From: Cenarchaeum sp.
GTDB lineage: Archaea > Thermoproteota > Nitrososphaeria > Nitrososphaerales > Nitrosopumilaceae
Assembly (NCBI GenBank): GCA_965242695.1
Contig: CBDESU010000001.1
Coordinates: forward strand, 1,888,001 to 1,952,000
DNA length: 64,000 nucleotides
Direction of reading: 5' to 3'
Shown here one piece after another: positions 30,319 to 40,193 of this stretch (the first letter of the stretch is position 1; every line of letters begins with the position of its first letter). Position numbers and translations under genes: made by a program. The notes under the pieces were generated by a model that was not told where the DNA came from, searched no databases, and saw only the letters and a list, made by a program, of their open reading frames with translations.

Positions 30319-30980
30319 CGCCCGGCCAGCCTCCATTGGTCGTCGGGCAGGTGCGCGCGTATGGCCCCGCGCAGCGCGCCGCGAAAGGGCGCCGCCGTCC
30401 ATGGGTCCAGGGACCGCCCGTGCCGCGCGAGCGCGCCCGCATCCGACTCGGGCAGCAGGTACAGCGCGATGAGCATCCACGGGCAGTACCGCGACGGGTC
30501 GGCCGCTATCGAACCGGACGGGTCGCCGGCGTCCAGCCATGCCGTCTCGCTGATCTCCCCGTCGACTGGCCTCGGCGCGGCGCCGTCCCCGACGAGTCCG
30601 GCGAGCGTGCCGCATATCTCGTTCTCCGATCCTATGTCGCGGTACGGCGCGTGGTACTCGAACTTGAACAGGTAGTCTAGGCCGCACTCGAGGCCGAGCT
30701 CCTCAGGGAGGCGCCTCTGCGCCGAGGTCACGTACGTCTCGGAGCGGCGCGGGTGGCTCGCGACCGTCCCGTCCCAGTCGCCGGGCCAGAGCATCTTTGA
30801 TGCGCTGCGCCGGGTGATCAGCAGCCGGCCGGCGCCGTCGAACAGGAGCGCCGTGAACGCGCGGTGCAGCCTGCCGCCGGGCAGGTGGCAGCTCGTCTTT
30901 TCGGCCGTGCCGATGTCCTTGTCGTCCTCGTCGACGAGTATGACATAGTCCTCGCCGGCGGCGGCAGTCCCGGCGGCCAC
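30315..30980 (-). CDS. idi: Isopentenyl-diphosphate delta-isomerase (type 1, Nudix)
   Basis: LHRAF, RSASK.WPG.W, SHP, RRLPEELG, ENEIC. Confidence 0.93.
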   Translation of the reverse strand: MAAGTAAAGEDYVILVDEDDKDIGTAEKTSCHLPGGRLHRAFTALLFDGAGRLLITRRSASKMLWPGDWDGTVASHPRRSETYVTSAQRRLPEELGLECGLDYLFKFEYHAPYRDIGSENEICGTLAGLVGDGAAPRPVDGEISETAWLDAGDPSGSIAADPSRYCPWMLIALYLLPESDAGALARHGRSLDPWTAAPFRGALRGAIRAHLPDDQWRLAGR

Positions 30981-31822
30981 TAGCGCCCCGCCCCCGCGAA
31001 CAGCGTGCCCTTGAACCGCCCGGGCCGACGCCCCTTTCCGCGGCCGGCCGCGGCGGCCGCCTCGAGTATGCGGCCCGGCTCGCCTCCGTTGACGAACGCC
31101 ACGTCGATTCCGGCGCCGGCCAGTCGGGCGGCCTCTAGCACCTTGCGCCGGATGCCGCCCGTGACGTCCAGGACAGACGCCTTTTTCCCCCGCCCCGTCC
31201 CGCCGCCGCCGCCGGAGGCGGAGCCGTCGAGCGACCCCGCAATCCTGCCGGCCTCGGCGGCCCCGACGCGCGGGATCAGCTTGAGCGAGTCCATGTCCTC
31301 GTACAGGCCGTCCACGTCGGTCGCAAATATCGCAAGGCGCGGGCGCAGCGCAAGCGAGAGCATCCGCACCAGGCGGTCTCCCGACATGATGTAGGCCATG
31401 CCGCCGCGGCGCCACAGCGCATCGCCGTACGTGACGGGCACGAGTCCAGACCCCGCGATGCGGCCGGCCTCGCGCACGGCCGGGCCGCTTGCCGCATCCC
31501 TCCCGGGCGCGACCAGCGCATGCGGAGGGATCGCGTACGTGCCCACGCCCCCCTTGGCCAACTCTCGGAGGACGATCGCATCAAGGTCGACCATCGAGTT
31601 CTTGACGGCCGCCACGGCAGCAGGCGGGTGCCTGGCCGGCTCCGTGTGCATGTCGTGCCGGACCGACCAGTAGTGGCCGAACGAGCCGCCCCCGTGGACT
31701 ACGATCAGCGGCTCTTCGAGCCCCGCCAGGTCGCCGGCCATCGACGCGACGGCCTTTGGGCGCGCCGTCAGCGGCCGCCCCTTGTTCGTAATGACCGACC
31801 CGCCGAGCTTTACGATGATCAT
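30980..31822 (-). CDS. ipk: Isopentenyl phosphate kinase
   Basis: VKLGGSVITNK, VHGGGSFGH, SGD, DVDG, DVTGGI; adjacent to idi. Confidence 0.92.
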   Translation of the reverse strand: MIIVKLGGSVITNKGRPLTARPKAVASMAGDLAGLEEPLIVVHGGGSFGHYWSVRHDMHTEPARHPPAAVAAVKNSMVDLDAIVLRELAKGGVGTYAIPPHALVAPGRDAASGPAVREAGRIAGSGLVPVTYGDALWRRGGMAYIMSGDRLVRMLSLALRPRLAIFATDVDGLYEDMDSLKLIPRVGAAEAGRIAGSLDGSASGGGGGTGRGKKASVLDVTGGIRRKVLEAARLAGAGIDVAFVNGGEPGRILEAAAAAGRGKGRRPGRFKGTLFAGAGR

Positions 31823-31921
31823 GCCGCCGCGGGGGCCGCGGCGGGTGGCCGTTAAAAACCATCGCGGGCAGGGCCCCCATTCGGGATGCGCCGGATGGCA
31901 GCCCCGGCCGGACGGGGCCGC

Positions 31922-32395
31922 CTAGCCCCCGACTCCGTGCTTTCTCATCAGGGCGTGGATGCCCGGCTCGCCGACGGCGCCCATCATGCGGTCCACGGGC
32001 CGGCCGCCCCGGAACAGTATGAACGTCGGGATGGCCTGCACCCCGCACCTCTGGGCCACCGCCTGCGCCGCATCGACGTTGACGCGCGCAAACCTGACCT
32101 GCCCGTACTTTCTGGCCATCCTCTCGAACACGGGATGCATCGACCTGCACGGCCCGCACCACTCGGCCCAAAAGTCGACCAGGACAAGCCCGCCGCCGGA
32201 CACTGCCGCATCGAACGACGATGCGTCCAGGTCGGCCACGGCCCCGCCCGCCGGCGGCGCGGCCCCCTCCGCCGGCGCCCTTTGGGCCTCGATCATCTCG
32301 CGCGCCATGCGCGCCTTGATGCGCTCCAGCTCGGCGTCGCTGCCCGCCGCCGCCGGCGCCGCGCCGCCGCCCGCATCGCCGATGTTGCCGCCCAC
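31922..32395 (-). CDS. trxA: Thioredoxin
   Basis: DFWAEWCGPC, IPT. Confidence 0.95.
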   Translation of the reverse strand: MGGNIGDAGGGAAPAAAGSDAELERIKARMAREMIEAQRAPAEGAAPPAGGAVADLDASSFDAAVSGGGLVLVDFWAEWCGPCRSMHPVFERMARKYGQVRFARVNVDAAQAVAQRCGVQAIPTFILFRGGRPVDRMMGAVGEPGIHALMRKHGVGG

Positions 32396-32396
32396 G

Positions 32397-32819
32397 CTAC
32401 AGGTCCAAGAGGAACCTCATTTTAACCCTGTCCGGCGCCACGTCGACGACCATGTCGTGGAACGTCGGCGCCTTTATCTCGACCTTGAAGCCGTGCCGCG
32501 CCACGTCGAGCGGCTCGCCGGCGACTGTCCCCTCGATGCGGCCGCGCGGCGGGGGCGATGCGACGCGCGCGGCGACCGACGAGACGGCAAACCCGTCCGT
32601 TATGAGCACGAACGTGACCGCCTCCAGCCAGTCGAACAAGAGGTGCCGCCAGTCGTGTCCCTCGGCCGAGACGGTGCGCTCGGAGGACGGGGAGACCGAG
32701 CCCGCGTCTAGGGTAATGTCGCGCACGGCCCGCCCCGCGTCCGCAAACGCCTCGTCTGCGCCGCCCGCATCCACCTCTACTATCGCATCGGTGGCATGGT
32801 CGAGGAGCCTGTACCCCAC
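32397..32819 (-). CDS. Archease
   Basis: YRLLDHATD...EIKAPTFH...LDL; GTG at 32819 with TATA at about 32841. Confidence 0.92.
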   Translation of the reverse strand: MGYRLLDHATDAIVEVDAGGADEAFADAGRAVRDITLDAGSVSPSSERTVSAEGHDWRHLLFDWLEAVTFVLITDGFAVSSVAARVASPPPRGRIEGTVAGEPLDVARHGFKVEIKAPTFHDMVVDVAPDRVKMRFLLDL

Positions 32820-32923
32820 GGTGCTGGCCCCCGCCTGCGGTATAAAGGCGGTACGCCGAAGAGTCGGCGGGGGCGATCGCGCACCGCCGCGAGGAATTCG
32901 GGCCCGGGCCGGCCGCGGGCCCG

Positions 32924-33367
32924 CTAGAGGCCGCCGAGGAACTCGGCGATCTCGGCGAGCTTGCGCTCGCGCCACAGCGCATGCGACTTGTACAGGCGCG
33001 GGTCGTACGAGTCATTCTCGCGCAGGCACCCCATCCGCACCAGGTCGGCGCGCGCCTCCCGCTCGCCGTCGCCGGCCTCGCACCCGCCCCCGCCGTCGTC
33101 CCCCTCTAGGAACACGAACGCCTGCAGGCGCCTGAACTCGTCGGGGCTCTTTTTGGCGGCGGCGTACGCCAGGTGCAGTGCGCGCAGGTGCGCCCGCCGG
33201 CCCGCGGGCACATCCGCGCCGGAGAGCCACTCGGCCCTGAGCCGCTCAAAGTACACGACGCCGTCGGGCGTGATCTCGATGTCGAACAGGCGCGGATAGT
33301 CCTCGGCATCGACGGGGTGGTACGGGTTCCCGCCCATGCAGTCGATGAACTCGATGCAGGCGCTCAT
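32924..33367 (-). CDS. Hypothetical protein (host-like)
   Basis: Protein-like open frame with host codon usage. Confidence 0.75.
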   Translation of the reverse strand: MSACIEFIDCMGGNPYHPVDAEDYPRLFDIEITPDGVVYFERLRAEWLSGADVPAGRRAHLRALHLAYAAAKKSPDEFRRLQAFVFLEGDDGGGGCEAGDGEREARADLVRMGCLRENDSYDPRLYKSHALWRERKLAEIAEFLGGL

Positions 33368-33478
33368 GCCGCATCCTGCGGGGCGGATGCAAGAGGGGGC
33401 AGGTCAACATTTATTGGCAAGGCGCGTGCGTTGAGCTGACCTGCCAAGGCCGAAAGGAGTCGTCTAGGGGCTAGCAGG

Positions 33479-34972
33479 CTATGTAAGCAACAGAAAGAGG
33501 GCCACCGGAACCTTCAAGCACTCCCGCACAGTGGAAAGTGTGCTTTTGGTGAGAATGAGCCCGTTTTTTGCCCCCGTCGCCTTCTTGAACGCGATGATCC
33601 CGTCAAGATCGCGCGCGTTCAGGTTGCGCCCAAACTTGACCTCGATTGGGACCTCCACACTCCCGTCATTGTAGACAAAATCAACCTCCTTGTCAGGGCC
33701 GTACCTCCAGTACGTAAGGTAGTTCGTATAGAGGAACCACGGCTTTTTCGGGCTGCGGCGGAACGCCATCCTGATCAGGTGGTTGCTGACAATGCCCTCC
33801 ACTATGTGGCCCATGTTCTGGGCGTCACCTAAGAATTTCTTACTTGTGTAGTATGCTTCGGTGCTGACAGCCCACCCGTGCAGGGTGTGGAAGTAGAAGG
33901 GATCGGCAAAGTGTATCTTTTTATCTTTACCAGGCATCGTCGATTTCGTTTTTGTGTTGTACTGGTAGATGACCGACAACATGAACATGTCTTCGAGTAC
34001 GGACACATATGACAGGGCATATGTCGCGTTCGGGAGGCCGACCTTTTTGGCCAAAGATGTCCAAGATACGGGCCAGCCGAGTGCATCCATTAAAGCAGTG
34101 ACGATCCCCTTTACGATCTCTTGTTTGCGCTCGAATGATGCCATGTCGTCAAGCATCAGATTTAGATACATCGCATACAAATCCTCAGGAATTGCGCGTT
34201 GGTTGTCGAGTTGATCTATTATCCAGGGGATGCCGCCGCTTGTCGCATAGTCGTCAAGATGCAAGTTCAGTGTGTTAATATCCTTCGACAAATCCCGAAG
34301 AGCCGGCAATATCCTGCCTGAGAATAAGGAGTCAAGGTGTTTGTCGCGGTCGCTCCCACCATTCAGTGCGGATCGGATTTTTTGCGCCAGTGGCTCGTCC
34401 ACCAGCATTACGTACTCTAGAAAACTGAGAGGATACATGACCTTGTCCATGGCCTCGTTGAGCCTACCGCGGCGCCCTGGAAGTCGTTCTGCTGAGCGTG
34501 TGATATCTATAGTATGCGATCCCGTTGCTATGACAGTGCAGTTTTCGAGTAATCCCATGTCCCACAAGCGCTTGATGGCCATTTGCCATTTTCGGACGCT
34601 CGATACCTCGTCAAGAAATATAAACGTCCGCTCCGATTTCTCCCGGTCACGGTGTCTTAGGTATTCGCGAACGACGTCATAGAGGCCGCGCGCCTCACCC
34701 GCAACGTCACAAGAGTAGAACAGTATGTTTTGCGGCCTGATGCCCTTGCCCAGCAGCCTCCGTATGAGCAGCTTTACCGCGGTGGTCTTACCAATCTGCC
34801 TTGCACCCCTCAGAGTGTACACGGCGTCCTTGTCGAGGGTGAAGTCGTCGATAACGGATGGCATCCAGCGGATCCGGGATTTCTCCCATGCTACAATATA
34901 CCTATCGGTTTCGATCGTACCTGAATCTTTCCACCACGGGTTCTCGTCGTAGAGATCTGACAGCCAGTTCAA
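33479..34972 (-). CDS. AAA_14-type ATPase with C-terminal DUF4143-like PD-(D/E)XK domain
   Basis: NPWW, Walker A GARQIGKTT, Walker B FLDEV, ATGS, LPGR, GGIP, KIHFADP, YWR...EVDFV...PIEVK; lower GC than the host. Confidence 0.92.
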   Translation of the reverse strand: MNWLSDLYDENPWWKDSGTIETDRYIVAWEKSRIRWMPSVIDDFTLDKDAVYTLRGARQIGKTTAVKLLIRRLLGKGIRPQNILFYSCDVAGEARGLYDVVREYLRHRDREKSERTFIFLDEVSSVRKWQMAIKRLWDMGLLENCTVIATGSHTIDITRSAERLPGRRGRLNEAMDKVMYPLSFLEYVMLVDEPLAQKIRSALNGGSDRDKHLDSLFSGRILPALRDLSKDINTLNLHLDDYATSGGIPWIIDQLDNQRAIPEDLYAMYLNLMLDDMASFERKQEIVKGIVTALMDALGWPVSWTSLAKKVGLPNATYALSYVSVLEDMFMLSVIYQYNTKTKSTMPGKDKKIHFADPFYFHTLHGWAVSTEAYYTSKKFLGDAQNMGHIVEGIVSNHLIRMAFRRSPKKPWFLYTNYLTYWRYGPDKEVDFVYNDGSVEVPIEVKFGRNLNARDLDGIIAFKKATGAKNGLILTKSTLSTVRECLKVPVALFLLLT

Positions 34973-35025
34973 CGAGCGCCCGGACGTTGCCTCATATTTA
35001 TACCTATATTTGTAAGCATGTACAG

Positions 35026-35277
35026 AGTATGAGGGCAGAAGCGTTGATGAAGGCTTAAGTAGTATGAGGGCAGAAGCGTTGATGAAGGCTTAAGTAGTAT
35101 GAGGGCAGAAGCGTTGATGAAGGCTTAAGTAGTATGAGGGCAGAAGCGTTGATGAAGGCTTAAGTAGTATGAGGGCAGAAGCGTTGATGAAGGCTTAAGT
35201 AGTATGAGGGCAGAAGCGTTGATGAAGGCTTAAGTAGTATGAGGGCAGAAGCGTTGATGAAGGCTTAAGTAGTATGA
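35026..35277. repeat. Perfect tandem array, 7 x 35 bp (AGTATGAGGGCAGAAGCGTTGATGAAGGCTTAAGT) plus a partial unit
   Basis: Identical units start at 35026, 35061, 35096, 35131, 35166, 35201 and 35236; no spacers. Confidence 0.97.
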
Positions 35278-35557
35278 CGGTCGTAGGCGTGGGCAGGCCG
35301 GTGGCGGCTCGATGACCAACCATAATGCACGGACGGCATTTCAAAGCAGCTACAGGTGCAGGGCCTAGGATGCGCAAATGTGGCGCGGTGCACCCCGGCG
35401 AAGTGGTGGCAACAAGCGGCGCGCTGCCCGACCGGCTCTAGAGCGGCCGTCGCGGATCGTCGCGCCCGTTGCGGGCCGACGAGAGTAGAGTGGCAGCAGC
35501 AGTGACCCTGCCCGCTCGTCAAGCCTTAAATCGGCGCCGCCCGCCGCGCCGGCCCGT

Positions 35558-36940
35558 ATGGAGCTGCCCCGCGGGATGAGGGACGTGTACGGCGAGGAGA
35601 TCGACGGCATAGAGGAGGTCAGGGCCAGGTTCTACGACACGGCGGCGCTGTTCGGGTTTGGGCGGATCGACCCGTCGCCGATCGAGTCGCTCGAGACGCT
35701 CGAGGCAAAGTCCGGCGCGGCCATACTCGACGAGGTGTACCACTTCGAGGACAAGGGCAAGAGGAAGGTCGCCCTGCGGTTCGACTTTACGGTCGGGCTT
35801 GCGAGGCACGTGGCGTCGAGCAGGTCCATGCCCATGCCGGCGAGGCTCGCATCGTTTGGCGGCGTGTTCAGGTACGACGAGCCGCAGAGGGGAAGGTACC
35901 GCTACTTTCACCAGTGGAACGCCGAGATATTCGGCAGGCCCACCGTAGAGGCCGAGGCCGAGATAGTAGAGTTCACCTCGAGGCTCCTCGCATCGCTCGG
36001 CCTCGGCGGCGCGCGAATAAGGCTCGGCCACCGCGGCGTCTCCGAGTCGTTCGTGCGCTCGTCGCTGCAGGATGAAGGCTCCTCGCCGGGCGCCGGCTCT
36101 GGTGGCGGGATCGTCGCCGACGCGCTGCGCCTCGTCGACAAGTCCTCAAAGAGGCCGCGCGAGCAGCTGCTCGGCGAGTACGCCCACCTGCCGCGCGGCT
36201 TTGCCGAGGGGCTGCTCGACTTTGCGGCCGCAAGGGGGACACTGGGCGAGGTCGAGGCGGCAGTCGGCGGCATTGCCGGGGGCCGCGCCGCCTCGTCGCT
36301 CGAGGGGTGGGACGGCCTTGCGGCGCTGTGGGACGCCCTCGGGGCCAGGTCGGTGCCCAACGTCGAGGTGGCCCTCGGCATAGTCAGGGGCCTGGACTAC
36401 TATTCTGGATCGGTCTTCGAGGCGTTCCCCGAGGACGGAGGCGATCTGGCCGGCGGCGCCCTTGCAGGCGGCGGCAGGTACGACGCCCTGATGGGCGCGT
36501 TCGGCCGCCCCGAGATCGGCGCGGCCGGCGTCGCCGGCGGCGTCGAGAGGACGCTGCTTGCGATGTCCGAGGCGCGCGGCGGGAAGAAGGCCGAGGAAAA
36601 GCCCGGCCGCGGAACCGTCCGCGTCGTGTACGCGGGAGGCGGCGGGGACGAGGCGCCGCAGCGCGAGGCGATGCGCATAGCGTCGGCCCTGCGCGGCGCC
36701 GGCATTCCCGCGTGGGCGGACCTTGCCGGGAGGCCTCTCAAGAAGCAGCTCGGAGCGGCGGCCGCATCCGGCGCGGAGCTTGCCGTCGTAGTCGGGCCGT
36801 CCGAGCTTGCAAGGAGGGTCGTCGCAGTCAGGCGCATGAGCGACCGCGCCGAGTCGGATGCGAGCCTGGACGACCTGCTCGCCGACCCGCGGCGGGCCCT
36901 CGGCCCCGCGCTCGAGTCCGACGGCAAGGGCCAATCCTAG
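35558..36940 (+). CDS. hisS: Histidine--tRNA ligase
   Basis: PRGMRD, ALRFDFT, FRYDEPQRGRYRYFHQ, RGLDYYSG, GGGRYD. Confidence 0.96.
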   Translation: MELPRGMRDVYGEEIDGIEEVRARFYDTAALFGFGRIDPSPIESLETLEAKSGAAILDEVYHFEDKGKRKVALRFDFTVGLARHVASSRSMPMPARLASFGGVFRYDEPQRGRYRYFHQWNAEIFGRPTVEAEAEIVEFTSRLLASLGLGGARIRLGHRGVSESFVRSSLQDEGSSPGAGSGGGIVADALRLVDKSSKRPREQLLGEYAHLPRGFAEGLLDFAAARGTLGEVEAAVGGIAGGRAASSLEGWDGLAALWDALGARSVPNVEVALGIVRGLDYYSGSVFEAFPEDGGDLAGGALAGGGRYDALMGAFGRPEIGAAGVAGGVERTLLAMSEARGGKKAEEKPGRGTVRVVYAGGGGDEAPQREAMRIASALRGAGIPAWADLAGRPLKKQLGAAAASGAELAVVVGPSELARRVVAVRRMSDRAESDASLDDLLADPRRALGPALESDGKGQS

Positions 36941-37602
36941 CCCGAGAACGCCTGCGTGAGCATTACGATCTCGGGGCCCGTGGTCATCGAGCCGGCCACG
37001 ACGGCCCTGTTGTTGGCAAGCAGCCCGGATGCGACGAACGGCACGCCGCCGTTTACGGTCGCGTGAACCAGCCTTACTCCGAGCACTGACGAGGCGGCGG
37101 CCACCTCGTCGTCGGCCGCCTCGGGGTGGACCACGCCGCCGCGCGAGGTGGCCACGAGCATCGCGCCGACCTGGTTGTATCCGGCCATGCGCGACTGGAC
37201 GACCTCGACGTCGAGCGCATCGGCCGCGCTGCGCGCATCCTCGGCCGAGATGACAGGCGATACGACGGCGCCGCGGTCGTTGGCGGCGATCATGTTGCCG
37301 AGCGCCGTGTACTTTGTGCCAAGTATGGCCACGCAAAGCCCCGAGTGCCTTTCGTAGTGGGCCACCTCCAGGTCGGACGCCGTGTGCGGCAGGAGCAGGC
37401 CGTGGTTGTTGGCCACCATCAGGGGCCCGAGCAGCCGCGTGTTGGCCGCCGATGAGGCGAGCGGCTCTGCGCCGAGGCACTCTCCGAGCCGCTCCGCCTT
37501 TGGCTCGGCGTACCCGCGCGGGACGAAGACCCTCCCGTCGGTGGCCCTGCCGTATATGCCGATGTTCGGGCCGCGGTACATGTTGAGCTTGAAAATGTCC
37601 AC
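36937..37602 (-). CDS. eif6: Translation initiation factor aIF-6
   Basis: PNIGIY, ALGNMIAAND, TVNGG, TTGPE. Confidence 0.94.
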   Translation of the reverse strand: MDIFKLNMYRGPNIGIYGRATDGRVFVPRGYAEPKAERLGECLGAEPLASSAANTRLLGPLMVANNHGLLLPHTASDLEVAHYERHSGLCVAILGTKYTALGNMIAANDRGAVVSPVISAEDARSAADALDVEVVQSRMAGYNQVGAMLVATSRGGVVHPEAADDEVAAASSVLGVRLVHATVNGGVPFVASGLLANNRAVVAGSMTTGPEIVMLTQAFSG

Positions 37603-37937
37603 GCGCGCAGCGCGCGGGGCGCGCCGTTATGAACGTACGGTGGGCGCCGCGGCAGGCCGGCAGGCAGGGCGCGGCGCAGATTGCGCCAGCGGCCGGCCAG
37701 GCCCCCGGCGGGGCGGCAGGGAGGGAGGGGGGGGGCAGGCGCGGGGTTCGGGCCGCGGCCGGGGCCCAGAGGGGAAGGCGGCGGGGCGCCCGGCGCACTG
37801 CACAGGGACGGGCCGCCCGGCATCGGCGCGCCGCACCCGGACCTGCCGGCGGCGCGCATCCCATGGAGGTCCTTCCGGCGGCGCGCATGCGCGCGCCCAA
37901 ACCGAGCTTTATATCTAGACGGGCAGGCGGCGCGCGC

Positions 37938-39200
37938 GTGAACGTCGGCTTTGTCGGCCTCGGCAAGCTAGGCCTGCCGTCCGCGCTGGCCATCGAGTCC
38001 AAGGGCCACACCGTGGTCGGGTACGACATAAACCCGGCCGTAAAGGGGTACGTCGAGTCCAAGAGCATACCATACCTGGAAGAGGGCGTGCCCGAACTCT
38101 TGCAGAACACGAGGCTAGAGGTCCTGCCGCTCGCCGACGTGCTGCGCCGCTCCGAGATCGTCTTCGTCCCCGTGCAGACGCCCCACGACCCGCTCTACGA
38201 GGGGACGACGAGGCTGCCCGACACCACGGCCGACTTTGACTACACGTACCTAAAGTCGGCCTGCACGAGCATATCGGACGAGCTCGACAGGCTCGGCGAG
38301 GACCGCATCGTCGTCATCATATCGACGGTCCTGCCCGGGACGATCGAGCGCGAGATAAAGCCGCTCCTCTCGAGGCATGCAAAGCTGTGCTACAACCCGT
38401 TCTTCATCGCCATGGGGACGACGGTGCGCGACTTCCTCAACCCCGAGATCGTCCTGTTCGGCGTCGACGACCCCGAGGCCGTCGCAAAGGCAAAGGAGTT
38501 CTACTCTACGATAGCCGACGTGCCGTTCCACGAGATGAGCATCGTCAACGCCGAGCTCGTAAAGGTAAACTACAACACGTTCATTACGATGAAGATAAAC
38601 TTCGCCAACAACCTCATGGAGGTGTGCCAAAAGATGCGCGAGCAGGGCGCCGACGCCGACGTCGATACCGTAATCGACGCCCTTTCCGACTGCAACCGCC
38701 GCATCATCAGCCCGTCGTACATGAGGGGAGGGATGCCCGACGGCGGCGGGTGCCACCCGCGCGACAACATAGCCCTCGCGGACTTTGCAAAGCGCCACTC
38801 GCTCTCCAACGACATCTACACCGAGGGGATGATGGTCCGCGAGCAGCACACGAGGTGGTTCGCAGACACGATAGATGCGCACAGGAAGGGCGGCGATCTG
38901 CCCGTCGTCGTGCTGGGCAAGTCGTACAAGCCCGAGACGAACCTCACAGTCGGCAGCCCGTCGGTGAGGCTGCACAACGAGCTAAAGGAAAGGGGCGTCG
39001 AGGCGCTCTTGTGGGATCCCCACGTCGACGGCGAGGGTGGGGCCGGCGAGGCCCTGGCCGCGCCGGCCGTGTTCTTTGTCGGCACGCGGCACGAGCGCTT
39101 TGCATCGCTAGAGTACCCCGCCGGCAGCATCGTGATCGACCCGTTCGGGTACGTCAAGGGGCGCGACGGCGTGAGGATCGTAGCCCTCGGCAGGCGGTGA
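37938..39200 (+). CDS. UDP-glucose/GDP-mannose dehydrogenase family protein
   Basis: GLGKLG Rossmann, VQTP, STVLPGT, AELVK, GGGCHPRD, SYKPET. Confidence 0.9.
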   Translation: MNVGFVGLGKLGLPSALAIESKGHTVVGYDINPAVKGYVESKSIPYLEEGVPELLQNTRLEVLPLADVLRRSEIVFVPVQTPHDPLYEGTTRLPDTTADFDYTYLKSACTSISDELDRLGEDRIVVIISTVLPGTIEREIKPLLSRHAKLCYNPFFIAMGTTVRDFLNPEIVLFGVDDPEAVAKAKEFYSTIADVPFHEMSIVNAELVKVNYNTFITMKINFANNLMEVCQKMREQGADADVDTVIDALSDCNRRIISPSYMRGGMPDGGGCHPRDNIALADFAKRHSLSNDIYTEGMMVREQHTRWFADTIDAHRKGGDLPVVVLGKSYKPETNLTVGSPSVRLHNELKERGVEALLWDPHVDGEGGAGEALAAPAVFFVGTRHERFASLEYPAGSIVIDPFGYVKGRDGVRIVALGRR

Positions 39201-39219
39201 GCCGCCGCCCGGCGGCGCG

Positions 39220-40104
39220 GTGGGCAACATGACAGAGTCCGCGGGGATCGGGCTCGGCCTGGACTACGAGAGGGTGGCCGCCGAGGCGTGCAGGTTCATC
39301 CGCGGGCAGGTGGAGGCGGCGGGCGCTGGCGGCGTCGTGCTCGGACTGAGCGGCGGAATCGACTCGTCCGTGGTCGCCCACCTGTCCGCAAGGGCCCTCG
39401 GGCCCGACAGGTGCATGGCCCTGATAATGCCCAACGAGGCGTTCACGCCCGGCTCGGAGACGGACGACGGCCTGCTGGTGGCCACGAGGCTGGGCCTGAG
39501 GCACAAGGTCGTCCCGATCGGCGCCGCCTCGGACGCCGTGGCCGGCGCGTCGGATGCCGCGGAGGCAAGGGGAGTACCCCCGGCAGGGGGCGGGGCGGGC
39601 ATGGGCGGGGACGCCAGGCGCCTTGCCGTCGGCAACCTCAACGCCAGGCTGCGCGCGGCCCTGCTCTACTACGAGGCGCAGTCGCTCGGCTACCTAGTGG
39701 TCGGCACCGACGACCGCAGCGAGTACCTCATCGGCTACTTTACAAAGTACGGCGACGGGGCGAGCGACCTGCTGCCCATAGCCGACCTGTACAAGACGCA
39801 GGTGCAGCGGCTCGGCGAGCACCTGGGCGTGCCCCGCCGCATAGTCGAAAAGCCGCCGAGCCCGCACCTGTGGAAGGGCCACGATGCGGCGGCCGAGCTC
39901 GGCATGGGGTACGATGCGGTCGATGCCGTCCTGTCCGGCAGCACGTCCGGCGGCGGCACCGAAGTGGACGAGGGGGCCGCGGCCGCGGCGGCCGCGGCGG
40001 CCGGCATGCCCGAGGGCCACGCGCGCCGCATCGCCTCGCTCAACCGCGCGAGCGCCCACAAGAGGGCGCTGCCGCCGATTGCCAGGCTGCGAGGGCTGCG
40101 CTGA
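39220..40104 (+). CDS. nadE: NH3-dependent NAD+ synthetase
   Basis: GLSGGIDS, GNLNARLR, GYFTKYGDG, LYKTQV, KPPSPHLW. Confidence 0.95.
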   Translation: MGNMTESAGIGLGLDYERVAAEACRFIRGQVEAAGAGGVVLGLSGGIDSSVVAHLSARALGPDRCMALIMPNEAFTPGSETDDGLLVATRLGLRHKVVPIGAASDAVAGASDAAEARGVPPAGGGAGMGGDARRLAVGNLNARLRAALLYYEAQSLGYLVVGTDDRSEYLIGYFTKYGDGASDLLPIADLYKTQVQRLGEHLGVPRRIVEKPPSPHLWKGHDAAAELGMGYDAVDAVLSGSTSGGGTEVDEGAAAAAAAAAGMPEGHARRIASLNRASAHKRALPPIARLRGLR

Positions 40105-40193
40105 GCGGGCAGGGGCGGGCGGGAGGGGTGCGGGCCGTAAATTTGCGCCGCCAAGCAGGCACATTGATATAACGCGTATGCGGCAGAGGCGCC

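Noticed and set aside
35026-35277. 35-bp array as a CRISPR or TIGR-like guide array
   Set aside because: Units are identical and contiguous with no variable spacers, and no cas or Nop-domain gene is nearby.
36146-38110. Long Arg/Ala/Pro-rich ORFs (also 41146-42918, 47379-49289, 51345-52919, 52691-54454, 54840-56573)
   Set aside because: High-GC shadow frames overlapping well-supported genes.
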